Part shown: piece by piece, positions 62,170 through 64,000 of the stretch | Position numbering within the stretch: position 1 is the first letter of the stretch | Layout of the letters: the number at the start of each line of letters is the position of its first letter | Origin: Candidatus Marinacidobacterales bacterium | Lineage (GTDB): Bacteria; Acidobacteriota; Vicinamibacteria; Marinacidobacterales; SMYC01 | DNA length: 64,000 nucleotides | Assembly: GCA_965224085.1 (NCBI GenBank) | Contig: CBDCYI010000011.1 | Location: 1,280,001-1,344,000, forward strand | Direction: 5' to 3' | The notes under the pieces: model-generated | The model's database searches: none | What the model saw: only the letters and a program-made list of their open reading frames with translations | What the model was told of the DNA's origin: nothing | Made by a program: the position numbers and the translations under genes

Positions 62170-64000
62170 CTATTCGCCTCCGGGCCGGCGCCACGAAACT
62201 CGCGACAGCGTCAAGCGTGCACGTTGTTTCATTTCAAAAGCAAGATAATTTACACCTTGCAAGATAGGTGCGGAAGGCACAAAGACTTCTGCGCGGCCGT
62301 CGGCGCCGATTGTGAGCTCTCCGAGAGGGCGGCCGTTTAAGACGAGCTGCGCGCCGCCGCCGGGAGCCCCTTCGAACACAAGGCGATAGGCCGCGGGCTC
62401 GGCCAGAGCGACGAAGATCTCGGCTTCGCTCCCGCGCGTGCTACGGGTCGTCACCCGCCCGCGGCTCGGCAGGGTCCAGCCGCGCCCGAGGTAGAGCGCG
62501 TCATTGTCACCCATGCGGATATCCAAGTTATTCGAGAGCGCGAGCGCACCCTCGAGGTCGTACGTCGCTAGAGGCGTCCCCGAAGCCAGCGCACGCCTCA
62601 AAGTCGCCGGCCAGGACGGCGGATAGCCCGTCCGGTTGTAGACGAGCTCGATCCCATCCGCCGCCGCTTGCCGGAACGAGGCCGGCCCATCCGGAGGGAT
62701 GGCGCCTTCAAAATAGACGCCCATCAGCATTACGTTCCAAGCGACGAAAGGCCCGAGTAGAATGCCGGTGGCCACTAGCGGGCGTCGCTCGACCTGCCAA
62801 ACGATCCATTGGAGCGACACGGCGATCCCGAGCGCGAACGCAGGCAGCGCGGCATCGAAACGGCGCGAGCCGAAGGACGCTCCGGCCCACCAGTCATAAA
62901 CGGAGGCGTTGACGTACCAGGCCACGAGGATGGCACCGAGAAGCGACCCTCCGAGAACCGGCTTCCGGCGGAAAAAACCGGCGAGGCCAAAAACACCGAG
63001 CCACAACACCGGGGCCCAGGACAAAAGACCGTGGCGGGACGAAAACAGCACGGCCTCGAGCTCGGGCGCCGTCCAGTCGATGTAGCCGCCGCCCTGCGGG
63101 ATGAGAAAAAAACGTCCATAAAGCGCTTTCCAGTACAGGAACTGCGGCGAGAACACGAGGAAAAACGCCGCTCCAGCGGCCGCAATCTCTCTGACTTTCG
63201 GACGTCCGTGCATCGACCAGCTGACGGCGAATGCCACGGGAACAAAGACGACATTTTGCCAGCGCATGAGCGCGACGACACCGCCAAGCGCGCCGAGAAG
63301 AACGAAAGCTTTCACCCCGTGCGCTCCTTCGTGCGTCAACAGAAGGAAGCCGGCAACGCTCGCCATCGCCATGGCATGCGACATCGATGGCTCGAATACC
63401 ATGTACCAAACGTGGAAGGTTGCGAGCCACACGAGGAGCGTCGAGACAAAGGCAATACCCGAGGGAAAGTAGCAGCGTACGAAGCGAAAGAGACAAACGA
63501 CGCCGACGAAGCCCGCCACCACGGTACCCGTCGCGATCGCCGTGAAATAGGGATAGCCGAAGCCGGTCGGGCGGTAGAGGCCGAGCACGCCAAGAAGGTG
63601 CGCGAGCACAAACCACGGGATCCACACGAGCGCGGGCCCGATGCTGAAATTATTAGGAAGTCGCCCGGTCTCCGTTCGCTGGAAATAGCCCGCCGGTGCG
63701 CCGAGCACCCGATACTCGTTCTCGAAGTCGAGATCGCCGTCCACGACGAGCGAGTGGAGCGGCGAGTAATAAAAGATGCCGTCGCTCGCGACCCGCTGAG
63801 GCTGCAAGTAGAGGGCGGCTAAAACGAGAGGCAGAAGCATGAGCAGATAAGCTTCGAGGCGCTCCTCGCGCGTCTCTCGAGACCGCGCCCACAAAAGCAC
63901 GACGCCGAAAGTGACCGCGGCGAGGGCGATGACCCAGCCGCTCCAGTGGTCGCGAATCGCTTCGGGTACAGACCGCCTGAGAACGCCAAGCGTGACGAGC
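62170..64000 (-). CDS. GT-C-like membrane glycosyltransferase (likely starts beyond the window)
   Basis: SDGIFYY, DGDLDFENEY, IGPAL.W.P, PSMSH, RHGLLSWAP, WWAGASFGSRRF; many TM helices. Confidence 0.75.
   Translation of the reverse strand, partial: LVTLGVLRRSVPEAIRDHWSGWVIALAAVTFGVVLLWARSRETREERLEAYLLMLLPLVLAALYLQPQRVASDGIFYYSPLHSLVVDGDLDFENEYRVLGAPAGYFQRTETGRLPNNFSIGPALVWIPWFVLAHLLGVLGLYRPTGFGYPYFTAIATGTVVAGFVGVVCLFRFVRCYFPSGIAFVSTLLVWLATFHVWYMVFEPSMSHAMAMASVAGFLLLTHEGAHGVKAFVLLGALGGVVALMRWQNVVFVPVAFAVSWSMHGRPKVREIAAAGAAFFLVFSPQFLYWKALYGRFFLIPQGGGYIDWTAPELEAVLFSSRHGLLSWAPVLWLGVFGLAGFFRRKPVLGGSLLGAILVAWYVNASVYDWWAGASFGSRRFDAALPAFALGIAVSLQWIVWQVERRPLVATGILLGPFVAWNVMLMGVYFEGAIPPDGPASFRQAAADGIELVYNRTGYPPSWPATLRRALASGTPLATYDLEGALALSNNLDIRMGDNDALYLGRGWTLPSRGRVTTRSTRGSEAEIFVALAEPAAYRLVFEGAPGGGAQLVLNGRPLGELTIGADGRAEVFVPSAPILQGVNYLAFEMKQRARLTLSRVSWRRPGGE

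Overview
GC-rich bacterial chromosomal window, probably Acidobacteriota (inferred from remnants of ADOP-type duplicated permeases, DUF4388 proteins and gene order). Intact core blocks: miaB-recN; tolQ-tolR-tonB/tolA-tolB-pal-cpoB-ssb; accA-lptC/A-lptB-rpoN-hpf-rapZ-EIIA-ptsH-ptsI; guaA-dnaE; psd-pssA-asd/usg-like. Accessory regions between them carry many truncated, internally deleted or frameshifted genes (lexA-imuA-imuB-dnaE2 cassette, IS1595, prpE, two ADOP permeases, a histidine kinase). No rRNA, tRNA or CRISPR array was recognised. Best leads: (1) a secreted FG-GAP/ASPIC-UnbV protein fused to a TlpA-like thioredoxin, interrupted by one in-frame UGA with a SECIS-like hairpin starting 11 nt downstream, i.e. 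a candidate 923-aa selenoprotein; (2) a module of exported TPR-CHAT protease, ECF sigma and double-zinc-finger anti-sigma, preceded by an unannotated 17-aa peptide ORF inside a structured RNA, with a repeated TGTGAC-N17-CGAC motif; (3) a 24-bp inverted repeat (11-bp arms) in the lexA promoter; (4) tandem NrdR-like boxes at two non-RNR promoters. All family assignments are by motif recognition, not database search.
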